NCBI GenBank assembly: GCA_002269645.1
Contig: NIVC01000676.1
Coordinates: 1-29,882 of the forward strand
From: Macrostomum lignano
Taxonomy: Eukaryota
Reading direction: 5' to 3'
Length of the DNA stretch: 29,882 nucleotides
Of this stretch, positions 12,419 through 23,024 are shown piece after piece. The notes under the pieces were generated by a model. That model had not been told where the DNA came from, searched no databases, and saw only the letters and a program-made list of their open reading frames with translations. Numbering within the stretch: position 1 is the stretch's first letter; each line of letters starts with the position of its first letter. Position numbers and translations under genes: made by a program.

Positions 12419-15400
12419 CTAAACAAGACTCAAGAGAAATTGCACTCTGAGCCTTAAAATCGCACCTTGAAATTTGGCACAAGGTGCGATTTCGCACCTT
12501 ATCTCTGGCGAAAAAAAAAACCCAGTACATAGAAGGCCTTGGTAAATAAAAAGACAATAGGAGACTGACAAAGATAGACATTAAAAATGAAATTTAAATA
12601 TCTGGGTAGTATTTTCAGAAGTATTTGTATCATACGCAACAGTATATATTTTACCTAAAAACAAAGGATTTAAATAAAAAAGTTCCCATATTGTTCTTAA
12701 CTACACAAGACTACTGATATCTGTAGCCAGCAGACAATGTGGAGCCTATGCTTTACTTTTTCTTTAAGACTCAAATAAGAGAATAAATAATAATTTAAGC
12801 ACAACTTTGTTTATAAGCAAAAAAATTATTGTCTTATAAACTATCAATCATGAAAGTTAGATACCTGTGTGGTTGGATAATATCTGAGTTTGTCTGCTAG
12901 AACAATTTTTCTACTTAATTGTATTCTCGCACCAAGTAATTCACATGGAAATTCATTTTGGTATAGGCATATTGTCATACATGTGCAACTGCCAGCTAAT
13001 CTGACTGGCGTAAATTGTGGTACAAGGGAAGTTACAACTGAATTTTTTTGTTATTGGGTAAGTCACAAAACTAAATTGCATTTTCAGTCAAAACTAAGTT
13101 GCATGGCCAGTGTAATTTCAAAGGTTGGGCATATATGCTTATTATATGCATAACCTCTATATGAAAAATTTGCTAAATGGTAGATTATTTTCCAGCACAT
13201 TGTTGGATTGACCTAGCTACACTGCATGCTTTCGATAAGATAATACTTCAGCATGCTATACTTGGGCAACATTGTCCTTGGCAAGTTGTACTTAGCATAT
13301 GGCTAATGTTAGGAACCATTCTGATATTCCAATACTATTGGCAATACTTTTTGGGTTTTGGAGTATTGGAAGGCAATACTTTTTTTGACAGAATCACCTG
13401 CATTGGACTTAGGTAACATCAATACAATTTTCAAGTTTTTCTAATAGTCCAATATTCCAATACTATTGAAATTTAAAAAATGCAAACAACTAATATTTTT
13501 AAATGAATGAAGTAGTTGCTTACTTTAATAAGATATAATGATAAACAATTCATTTTAGATCAATGAAAGTGAAATAATTAGGTCCAATTAGGCCAAATAA
13601 CAAACATTTTCTTTCTTAAAACAAGTTACATATTTTTTTAAAATAGCCTATATCATATTATATACTTTATAATGAGTATAAATTATTAATGATCATTACA
13701 ATGATATTTTATATAAGCATTTATCAATTAACACACTACAAGTTATAAAAAACTTTCACTGTCAGTCACTGATTGCTGATTGATTCTAGAATTTCTACAA
13801 TTGTAAATATACTAGTAACTACATTAGTAACACAAGTAATTTAGTGAATGAATACATAAACAGTCAGCAATAAATAAAAAATCTACTATTTTAGGTAAAT
13901 ATATTGGGGGGGGGCAAATCCAAGTTTAGTAAAGGTAAGAGAAGTGACATAATTTAATTAGGTTTGCACGTATATAAAGAGCAAGAGATAGGCAGGGTGG
14001 GATGTTGCCTAATCAGAGGTAAGGCTTTAAAGTATATATCTCCACTTAAGCAATCAGCCTAGCTGGGTGATTAAATGTACCCAACCCCTAACCAAGGCTT
14101 AGGAGTTAAGCACGAAGGTACAATAATTGCAGACCAATAGGTGGCAACACTATACTAAAATGATAATAGTACTAATGTAAAAAACTGACTAGTGGCTAGT
14201 AAGTAGTCAACTGATTTACTATATTGGCAACAGTTTTTTCATTAGTTTAATGAAAAAACTTTGTTTTATTTATTTTACTAAAGGTTTCTTCATTTAAAAC
14301 AATGCTAAGCTTGCTTTCTTTGCCTTAGAAATATGGGAGGTCTAAGAAGCCTTAATTATGCATTCACACTTGTTAAACATTGCTTTTTGCAAAAAAACAG
14401 ATATCAGAATAAAATATTAGAATTAGGGTATCAACAATATTCAAATTTAGGCATTGGACTTTTAGGTATCAGCAATACTTTTTCTCAGAAAGGGCATCAG
14501 AGTATTGCTTTATATTATTATTTCTTTAGTATTATGCCGAACACTGCATATGGCATTTGGTATATAGCACTTAGCCATTTAACAAAACTTCAATAGGATT
14601 TCTTGGCATTTATCATTAAATAATAAAAATTTTCTTTCTACTGGACCTACCTTTGTCTAACCCCTTGAAGTGCCTTTGTGCCTAAAAATCATATTAGCCA
14701 AAGATTGTAGTTAGAATTTGTCAATATGCTTCAATGCAAAGGGAATTAAATATTCAAAAATGGGTTTCTCTAATGCTTTTAATAGGAGGCTGGAAAAGGT
14801 CAACATCTCAATTGAATTCCAAGTCCAATTAAGATTGCAAGACAACTTTTCTCTCTTAAATCTCTTCATTATATATATTTCAACACTGGCTATAGTATAC
14901 AAGGGAGAAAGTGGAAAAAACACAGTGGCTTAGGCTAGGCATAAAGGGCCAGATTTGAGTTTGTCTTTCAGCATACAATTAAAAATAATTGAATTCAATC
15001 ATTCATTCATTTATAACTTGTGCCTTGACAAATTGAAACATATTAATTAATTTAGCAAGGCATATTTAATGAAATATTTTTGCTATTTTTACAATTGCTA
15101 TTTGCAAATTTGATTTATAAAAAAACTGCTTTGAGTATTACTAATCCTATCAATGGGCATTGCCTTGCTTTATAAAAGTATGCAATTGATAAACTATAGA
15201 CAATTCTGCTAAACTGCTAAAGGTATTGCTAAATGCTGAGTTGTGCAAGACTGCCAACATGTATTTAAATTGATTGAGCTATATGGCTGAGCAAATTTTT
15301 AAAATTTTGAAAGGATCACTGAAGTTTAGAGCCAGCCAAGAGGAGAATTGCAGACTGTTGAGAAGATAAATGAAAATTGCTAAGGGAACAATTAGAGAAA

Positions 15401-15555
15401 AAATGTGATGACTGTAGACTGTGGAAAAGAACAGCAGATTTTCAAAGGGATCATTGCAGACTATAAAGGGGGCAAACTAAAAAATTCCAAGGTAGTTTCT
15501 CTAGACTTATGAGTGTAAAGCAGCAAACTACTCGAGGGGTAACTATAGATTGCTT

Positions 15556-15620
15556 GGAGGATAATGACGGACTTCTGAGGAGGATAATGACAGACTTCTA
15601 AAGAGGATAATAAACAATAA
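15556..15620 (+). repeat. Degenerate ~23-bp tandem repeat (gaggataatgac[a/g]gacttct) in a decayed repeat region
   Basis: Three adjacent copies are visible, with looser ggggataa-type motifs through ~15400-15860. Confidence 0.6.
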
Positions 15621-16574
15621 AGTTTTGAATGGATAATAACTATAGAGGATTAAGTGCAGGTTGTTGAGGGGACTACTAAGTGAATTATTGTAGTTTGCTA
15701 AGGGGACAATACTTGATACTAGGTCACTGAGAGGATTAATGCTTAATGTTAATGAACATTGTAGACTGCAAAGGGGATAACAATATGGGGGTACTAAGAG
15801 ATGACTACAATCTGTTTTGCAGGATTAGAAGTAATAATTTCAGGTTGTTGTGGGGATAACTGCCAAATTTTTTTTGGGGGGGGAGGTTAACTTCAAACTG
15901 CAGGTTAGGCTAATAGGCAAAAGCTAAGTAGAAAGTTAGCAGTTTGAGTTTGCATTGAAGCAGTGAATTTATCTATGATCTAGGACAATTATAATTGTTT
16001 CCTATATAGACTTAGGAAAATGTATAACATCTAAAGGGCCTGTCAACTTAAGCCCATAAAGTGGAACCCAAGTAACTTTTACTTGTATATACAAATGATA
16101 TGCCATTTTGCTAAAACAAGTGACAAAAAAAAGTGGTTTGGCAAAAAAGTGACAAAAATTAGACTTGGGACAACAAGAAAAGAGATAATTAGGGACAATT
16201 ATATCAATGTAAGCTCATAAAGTGGAGTCCCATATTATCTATTTCCCTAGTAGTAGGACCTCAACTATAGACTTACAGTAATTTGACAAGTTAACAGAAA
16301 GTAGCAAAAGTACTTTTGATAGAATGCACTTAGACTTCTTTGTTAGGCTGCTGTGACAAAGACATATTAATGGAAAAAAATTGGAGAAGCATATGGCTTT
16401 TAAAGCAACAAAATATTTCAAATTAGGCTTCAACTATATTGTTGTTTGTTCCCTCTTTTTGCTGCCCTGAAATTCCTAGATATGCATTTAAGTGTTTCTT
16501 AAAGGAGTGTGATAGACACCCTTTAATAATGAAGGGTGTCTATCATAATGAAGGGTGTCTATCATATTCATAAT

Positions 16575-16595
16575 CCTATATACTAAAAATGTGAT

Positions 16596-16632
<37 letters not shown>

Positions 16633-16665
16633 ATAGATCCTTTTCCTATATACTAAAAATGTGAT

Positions 16666-16710
<45 letters not shown>

Positions 16711-16716
16711 ATAGAT
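16575..16716 (+). repeat. Tandem duplication of cctatatactaaaaatgtgatgtt(TA)n tgtgatagat, with (TA)15 and (TA)19 microsatellites
   Basis: Copies are at 16575-16638 and 16645-16716, with TA tracts at 16599-16628 and 16669-16706. A 14-bp-stem hairpin at 16510-16545 precedes them. Confidence 0.92.
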
Positions 16717-16755
16717 ATGTGATATATGTGATAGATTAGAGAAAAAATGGCTTAA

Positions 16756-17551
16756 GGCTCATTCCATATAAGCATGGTTGTAACATGACAGGTTATTTTT
16801 ACTTATAAAATGAAATCTAATAATAGAATATACTAAACCAATGTTTTAAATGAAAGATTATTTTGTCTAGAATATATTTATAGAGTTTCATATAGATATC
16901 ATCATTAGTATAGATGCTATTGAACCTTAAATGACACTTATGGTCGTAACGACAGGATTTTTGACATATAGAAACTAAAAGGTAAAAGTCTTATAACATT
17001 TTTCATTTTTGATATTTTGCAATACATTAAAGTACATTTTTTAAATTTGACTAAGAACATCTTTAGAAATCATACTCTTTTATTAGAATATATAAACTCA
17101 AAAGGCAACAAAGATACAAAAGAAAAGGCAGCCTTATGGTTGTAACATTATGGTCGTAACATATTTTTTTCTGTCAATTCAGTAACTTTGAGGTACTAAT
17201 ACATTAAAAATATAATAGATTATTTGGTCACCAATGCTTTTATCTGATGATGCAAGTACTATACTTTTATCTATAGTTTGTTTCAACCTTCAAAAGCTTT
17301 CTATTTGTTTTTAAAAGGTACAAAATCTTAATGATGTCTTTTGCTTCGAAAAATGTCTAAATTTTTACAAAAATGACTTTTTGCCAATTGATAACATACT
17401 AATCCAACATTTTACCATTCCTTTATTCTTAGATTGTATATATTGCACAATATAAACATTTGGTAAAAAAATAGGCTAATTAGGCAATGGCAAGCAAAAA
17501 TATTGACTTTTTTCTATTTTCCAAATATGTCCATCTTATATGGAATGAGCC
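16756..17551. mobile_element. MITE (796 bp) with 17-bp TIRs and TTAA target duplication; Kolobok-like termini
   Basis: TTAA|GGCTCATTCCATATAAG ... CTTATATGGAATGAGCC|TTAA, with internal ttatggt[c/t]gtaac repeats. TTAA with 5'-RR ends fits Kolobok better than piggyBac (5'-CC); the superfamily call is inference. Confidence 0.85.
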
Positions 17552-18004
17552 TTAACCGATTTTCATGAGACTTGCACTGTTTGTTCAGAAATTTTCTTGG
17601 GACAGTATATGTATCTTGGCTAAGAAATTGCTAAATGCTAAAGGGATTAGATATTCAAAAAAATGCTTTTTTGCAAAGGTCAAGCAAACTTTTCAACTTG
17701 AAATGCATTGTAAGAATGCTAGAGAACAAACCAACTGGTTTTTGAATTCTAATTCTGAAATAGATTGCATGATAACTGAAATGTAACTCCAACTTGAATT
17801 GCGTCGCAGTATTGAAAATACAATGTGGAAGCGTAGCACCAGACTTGATTTAGATTATGTAACCATATTCTCAATTTTAATTGAGACTAATACTGACTTG
17901 CCTAGGAAATTGATTATGTCATAACTGCTTCGAAGTGAGTGTTGAATTATAGAAGTGCTACAATTTCATTTATATAAATTCAATAAGATCTAGCCAGACT
18001 TATC

Positions 18005-18056
18005 TACCCAGAGTGAACAGACTGGACTGCTAATGCAGCGACCTGGGTTCGAATCT
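18005..18056 (+). other. tRNA-derived fragment (Ser-GCT-like anticodon arm plus B-box); SINE-head-like, not a functional tRNA
   Basis: tggaCTGCTAAtgca followed by GGGTTCGAATC; no acceptor stem is recognisable. Confidence 0.55.
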
Positions 18057-18117
18057 TAGTAATGAAAACTTTTTTATTAAAAGCTTTTATTAAAAAAATA
18101 ATAAAGGACTAAAGGGG

Positions 18118-18920
18118 TCATGTAAAAAATCATAGAAGCGTCATGTAAACAATCATAGAAGCGTCATGTAAAAATCATTGAAGAGTCATGTAAAAAATCA
18201 TAGAAGCGTCATGTAAACAATCATAGAAGCATCATGTAAACAATCATAGAAGCGTCATGTAAAAAATCATTGAAGCGTCATGTAAAAATCATAAAAGCAT
18301 CATGAAACAATCATAGAAGCATCATGGAAAAATCATAGAAGCATCATGGAAAAATCATAGAAGTGTCATGTAAAAATCATAGAAGCATCATGTAAACAAT
18401 CTTAGAAGTGTCATGTAAAAAATCATAGAAGCGTCATGTAAAGAATCATAGAAGCGTCATGTAAAAAATCATTGAAGCGTCATGTAAAAATCATAAAAGC
18501 ATCATGAAACAATCATAGAAGCATCATGAAAAAAATCATAGAAGCATCATGGAAAAATCATAGAAGTGTCATGTAAAAATCATAGAAGCATCATGTAAAC
18601 AATCTTAGAAGCGTCATGTAAAAAAATCATAGAAGCGTCATGTAAAAATCATAGAAGCGTCATGTAAAAATTGTAGAAGTGTCCTGCAAAAATTGTAGAA
18701 GCGTCATGAAAGAATCATTAAAGCATCATGTAAAAATCATAGAAGTGTCATGTAAAAAATCATAGAAGTGTCATGTAAACAATCATAGAAGCGTCATGTA
18801 AACAATCATAAAAGCCTCATTTAAAAACTAATTAAAGTGTCATTTAAAAAATTAAGAAGCATCATGGTAGAATAAAAGAAGCGTCATGTTAGACATGAAA
18901 GGTGTCATGTAAAAATTAAA
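18118..18920 (+). repeat. Minisatellite, ~22-24-bp unit TCATGTAAAAAATCATAGAAGCG, >30 copies decaying rightwards
   Basis: Direct tandem repetition with A-run length variation. Confidence 0.97.
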
Positions 18921-18949
18921 TGAAGCTATAGTGATGTGCTAGGGAGAAA

Positions 18950-20028
18950 AACTGAGACGTCAAGGCTCACAGAGAATAACTGAGATTATGGGGGGGGGTT
19001 TCTGAGATGTCAAAGCAAAAGTCAGAAGCTACTTCAAAGTTCATTTACTTTACTCAATTTATTTATTACATTCTTTGTTGGCTCGCCACAGGGGGCGCTG
19101 ATAAAAGAAGAGTCATGTAAAAAATAAAAGTAGCACTTATGTATAAAAGAAGAATCATGTTGAAGTTAAAAGATTCATTTGGGAATTGCTACGATGTCAA
19201 AGCTTGGTGGAAATTGTTATAGTGCTGTGATTCTTAAAAAAGGAATCACTAAAATGTCAAGGCTTAGGGGAGAAGAATTGCTGTGATTTCAAGATTTTAG
19301 GTTGGGTTAAAGTTAGGTTTAGGTCAGGTGTGGGTTGAGGGTTATATTTTATTGGGTTTCAAGGTTAACAGGGGTTTTTTTAGATTTCAAGGTTTATGGG
19401 GGCCATTGCTGACATGTCAAGGCTTACGGGGGGAATAGCTGAGATGTCAAGGCTCATGGGGGTATAAATGAGATTTCAAGGCTAAAGTCAAAAGCTACAT
19501 GTAGTTTATTGAAAACTTTTTATTACATTATTTGATGCCTCCTCAGGGGAGGGATAGCTGATAAAAAAAGCGTAATGTAAAAAATAAAATAAGCTTCATG
19601 TCGAAGTTAAGAGATTCATTTGGGAATCTCTACGATGTCGAGGCTTGCAGGGAATCGCTATAATGCTGTAGTAGTACTATAATGACTCTTAGAGAGAATT
19701 ACTGAAATGTCAATGCTTTAGGGTTAGGTTAGGGTTAGGGCTAGGTTAGGGTTAGGGTTAGGGTTAGGGTTAGGCTAAGGTTGGGGTTAGGCTAAGGTTA
19801 GGGTTAGAAGGTTGACAGATATTTTTAGATTTCCAAGGCTTATTGGGGGCATTGCTGAGATGTCAAGGGTGGAAGTTGATATGTTAAAGCTTGTGGGGGG
19901 AATTACTGACATGTCAAGGCTTAAAAGGTTTGACAGGAGATTTTTTGAGATTTCAAGGATACATGTAGCTTATTAAAAAAATGTGTATTGCATTTCTTTG
20001 GCTCCCCAACGGGGGTGTAGATTGCTAG
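18950..20028 (+). repeat. Two-plus diverged ~465-bp units built from ctgagatgtcaaggctt subrepeats, each with a GC hairpin; ends in hairpin + CTAG
   Basis: aagctac..ttattacatt..ctgataaaa..tgtaaaaaataaaa..gattcatttgggaat..tacgatgtc recurs at ~19027 and ~19492, with a partial third at ~19960. The terminal cccc-aac-gggg at 20004-20014 is followed by CTAG at 20025-20028. Confidence 0.75.
19718..19807 (+). repeat. Interstitial telomere-like (TTAGGG)n tract with variants
   Basis: ttagggttaggttagggttagggctaggttagggttagggttagggttagggttaggctaagg...; a degenerate counterpart lies at ~19298-19345. Confidence 0.92.
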
Positions 20029-20863
20029 TAATAAAGCTAAATAATTTTTTGTGTTTTCTCTAAGACAATAGGGACTCCAATGAGATTTTGAAACTTTCAA
20101 ATTTATTTCTTTTCAGATATGTATTTGATAGAAGACAATAACAGCATCACAAAATGGCTTCACTTAATAATTTTGGTTGAGTAATAAAAGTTATAGCATT
20201 TTTTGTCTCAAAAAATTGTTTTTTAGATAGGAAATATATATTATAGGTTGTTGCCATTAGAAGTATGAAAACTAAATTTTTCACTTTTTGTTGTCATCTT
20301 TTTTGCTATTTAACATACAATGTAGAGTCTAGCATCATTTTAAAGACCAATCAGTTCTACATAGGATTAGCAAATTGTTTTTATTCTTTTTAATGTATCT
20401 TTTTGGGGATTGCATTTGAATTCTTTTAAAATAAAAAATGCACGTCGAAAAAAGAGCAAATTTCAAATTTCAAATGGCTACTATTTAAAATTAATTGCTT
20501 TTTCTGAAATCTTTTTATTTGTTTACTCTACAACATATAAAAGTATGTTTTTATACCCTTTTTGCCTATATATTGACAAGGGTTAAAAAGTTCACCAATT
20601 CATGACTTTTTTGCTACTAGAACTTGATAGCATATAATGTTACAAATTACAAAATGTTGATAATTAGCTTTTTATTTGATAGCATATCTTAAAGTCGCAT
20701 ATTTTTCAACTTTGAATGATTTTAATTTTAAGACTAATGAATACATATTAAGTTTGGAGTACTTATAGGCACGGCGGCCGTGTCTATAATATTTGAGCTT
20801 ATGGGCATGGCAATAATCATCGATATAAAAGGTGTGTTCTATAGGGCTATCTCAAAAGCAATT

Positions 20864-20924
20864 GGTGGCTCAGTGGATATGTCTATAGTCTTGTGATTTT
20901 GAGTAGCAGGGGTTTGAATCCCCA
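20864..20924 (+). other. Second tRNA-derived/SINE-like head with Pol III A- and B-box-like motifs
   Basis: GGTGGCTCAGTGG (A-box-like) and GGTTTGAATCCC (B-box-like) are ~45 nt apart; no cloverleaf can be built. Confidence 0.5.
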
Positions 20925-21240
20925 ATGCTTGGAGATTTTTTAATTAGAAATTTTTTAGCAAATAGAAATTTTTTTGCCTTGAATTTTTTCAGGTTTTTAA
21001 ATAAAATAAAATAATAATTTAAAATAAACTAAATTAATTTTTTAAATAAGAGTAATACTTAATCTTAAAGTGCGGCCAATATGTATTAAAAGAATATTTC
21101 TTTTTTATATATAACTGTGGCTGCACTTTTTTAAGATTTTGTGTTACTCTGAAAAATTAAATTTATTTAATTTTTAAAAACTTTCAAGTTAAAAAACTCC
21201 CCAACAACTCTTTTTTCTTTTCATCCAATTGATGATTGTA

Positions 21241-21581
21241 TACATGACAGCCATGCCTTTAAGCTCCAATATTAGAGACACGGCCATCTACCGTGCCACT
21301 AAGTGTGAACCCAGTCAATATTAACGACATAGCCACCCACCGTGTCTCTAAGTGTGAACCCATTCAATATTAATGACACGGCTGCCATGCAAGTTTTATT
21401 GACATGGCGACTGTGTCTCTAATAATGACTAGGTCCATACTTATAGACACGGCCATGTCTATAATGCAGAAACTAAGAGACATGGCAGCCATGTCTATAA
21501 GTATGGACTTAGTCACTATTAGAGACACGGCTACCGTGTCTATAAGTTTTTGCATTATAGACACAGTCGCCATGTCTCTAA
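21241..21581. repeat. Array of ~9 palindromic GACA[C/T]GGC..GCC[A/G]TGTC cores separated by short recurrent spacers
   Basis: Core 21401-21417 is the exact reverse complement of 21560-21576, and spacers recur in both orientations. A related hairpin lies at ~20763-20789. Confidence 0.85.
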
Positions 21582-22350
21582 GTGTGGCATATTAAGTTTG
21601 ATTTCTCTGAAAAACATAGAAAAAAAGTTTTTTGTATACCTTAGTAGTTAATTCAAAAGCTTTTTTCATTTCTTTCCCAATATTATTGCTTGTTGATTAG
21701 CTGCAACTAAAGACTGAAGTTAGCACATACTTTATATTTAATGCTTATTGTCTTTATACACAACATATATTGTCTGCTTTGCTTTCAAAATGCAAAACAT
21801 ATAGGTAAATGATTGTTGATAGACTATTGTCTTGTATATTTCTTGTATTGAGTGTACCCTTATTGTAAAATTGTATACTATAAGTAAAGCTGTTAATGAA
21901 CATTCATATCTGCAAAAAAGTGTAACTTATTAATTTTGTTATTAAATATTAAATTAAATTATTGTATTTAAAAATATTTTATACTTAAAATTGTATATTG
22001 TGAAGTTGCTTATTAAATATACAAATTGAATAAACACCATTTCTTGTCAAACTCAATTTAATTTATAAGAGTTTGCATCACAGACCAAAGTTACATACAT
22101 TTAAGAGGTCACTTGTTAGGATTGCAATTGCTATAGCTCAATAATGAGCTGAAGCATACACTTATTTGAATTATTTTACCTTTAAAACAAGTTTGTAATG
22201 GTAAAACTCCTTTTTGGTTCCTTAGGCCTATTGGAATAAGTTGACAAAATGCGGACAACCAAAATAAGTACAAAATAGGATTAGGCCTACTTTTAAAATA
22301 GATATAAAGATACATTACATTATGGTAAACTCACTGGAGTCCCTAAAGAC

Positions 22351-23024
22351 CCATACTCAGGAAGGTGGCCTGCACGCGGGAAAATTCTCGCGTGCACAAG
22401 CCACGCTAAAATTTTGGCGTGCAAAGTTGGCATGCAAATAGGGGTCTCAAGCCACGCCTAAATTTTCAGCATACAAGTTTTTTACTTGGCATGTAACCTT
22501 GGCGTGCAATTACAAACTGACAGTATATCAACAAGTCAGATATAGATGTATACACTATATATATACAATATATAAAGTTAAACGTGAACAATTGAATTTG
22601 AATATTGATTAAACCAACTAGTTGAGGCTACAGCCTAGCCTACAGCTAGGCCTACTTGTACTCTACAACCTACATTAAAATTAAAATATCCAATAACTTC
22701 TAAACGCTCTTATTTTGTGACTCTTGTAGACTTTTATTTTATTTGTTTCTTGAAATGTGAAGAAAAAGTTTTTGATACTTACTATGTTCTTTGTAGCGAA
22801 TTTCCTTGTTTTATATAAACTTTGTTTAATGTAAGTAGAAAATTTAGTATCATCTAATTCGGTATACACAATTTTCGGCATACATGATTTTTGGTATTCA
22901 AGATTTTTGGCGTGCAACAGAAACGTCATGTTAAGGGTTTTAAAAAATTGGCGTACATTGGCGTGCACCAAGGATTTTTCCATAAATTGATTCCCGCGTG
23001 CACTTGCCACCTTCCTGACTATGG
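22351..23024. mobile_element. MITE (674 bp) with ~30-bp imperfect TIRs and 8-bp TSD CTAAAGAC
   Basis: CCATA[C/G]TCAGGAAGGTGGC..TGCACGCGGGAA at both ends. CTAAAGAC lies at 22343-22350 and 23025-23032, with multiple subterminal TTGGC[G/A]TGC motifs. Confidence 0.88.

Larger units (their letters stand above)
9658..12525. mobile_element. Non-autonomous hAT-like DNA transposon (2868 bp)
   Basis: Ends are CAGGG(T)n ... (A)10CCCAG. An identical 8-bp flank TACATAGA lies at 9650-9657 and 12526-12533. Subterminal GCACC/AGGTGCG motifs occur at both ends (ttaaaatcgcacc[c/t]tgaaatt at ~9702 and ~12454). No transposase ORF is seen. Confidence 0.88.

Noticed and set aside
12890-14600. Short AT-rich ORFs and recurring caatact/agtattg motifs (~13320-13470, ~14410-14540)
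   Set aside because: They look like decayed repeat fragments, but no ends, TSD or protein similarity could be defined.
14658-20586. piggyBac-like ends (ctaa-ccccttg at ~14658 and aaggg-ttaa at ~20578) as one large element
   Set aside because: The inverted match is only a few bases and the left TTAA is imperfect.
21241-21581. CRISPR-like repeat-spacer appearance
   Set aside because: The context is eukaryotic with no cas genes; spacers are short, unequal and reused, and the cores are degenerate.
21370-21595. Similar peptides encoded on both strands (MATVS..., DMAAMS)
   Set aside because: This is a direct consequence of the palindromic DNA array, not of coding.
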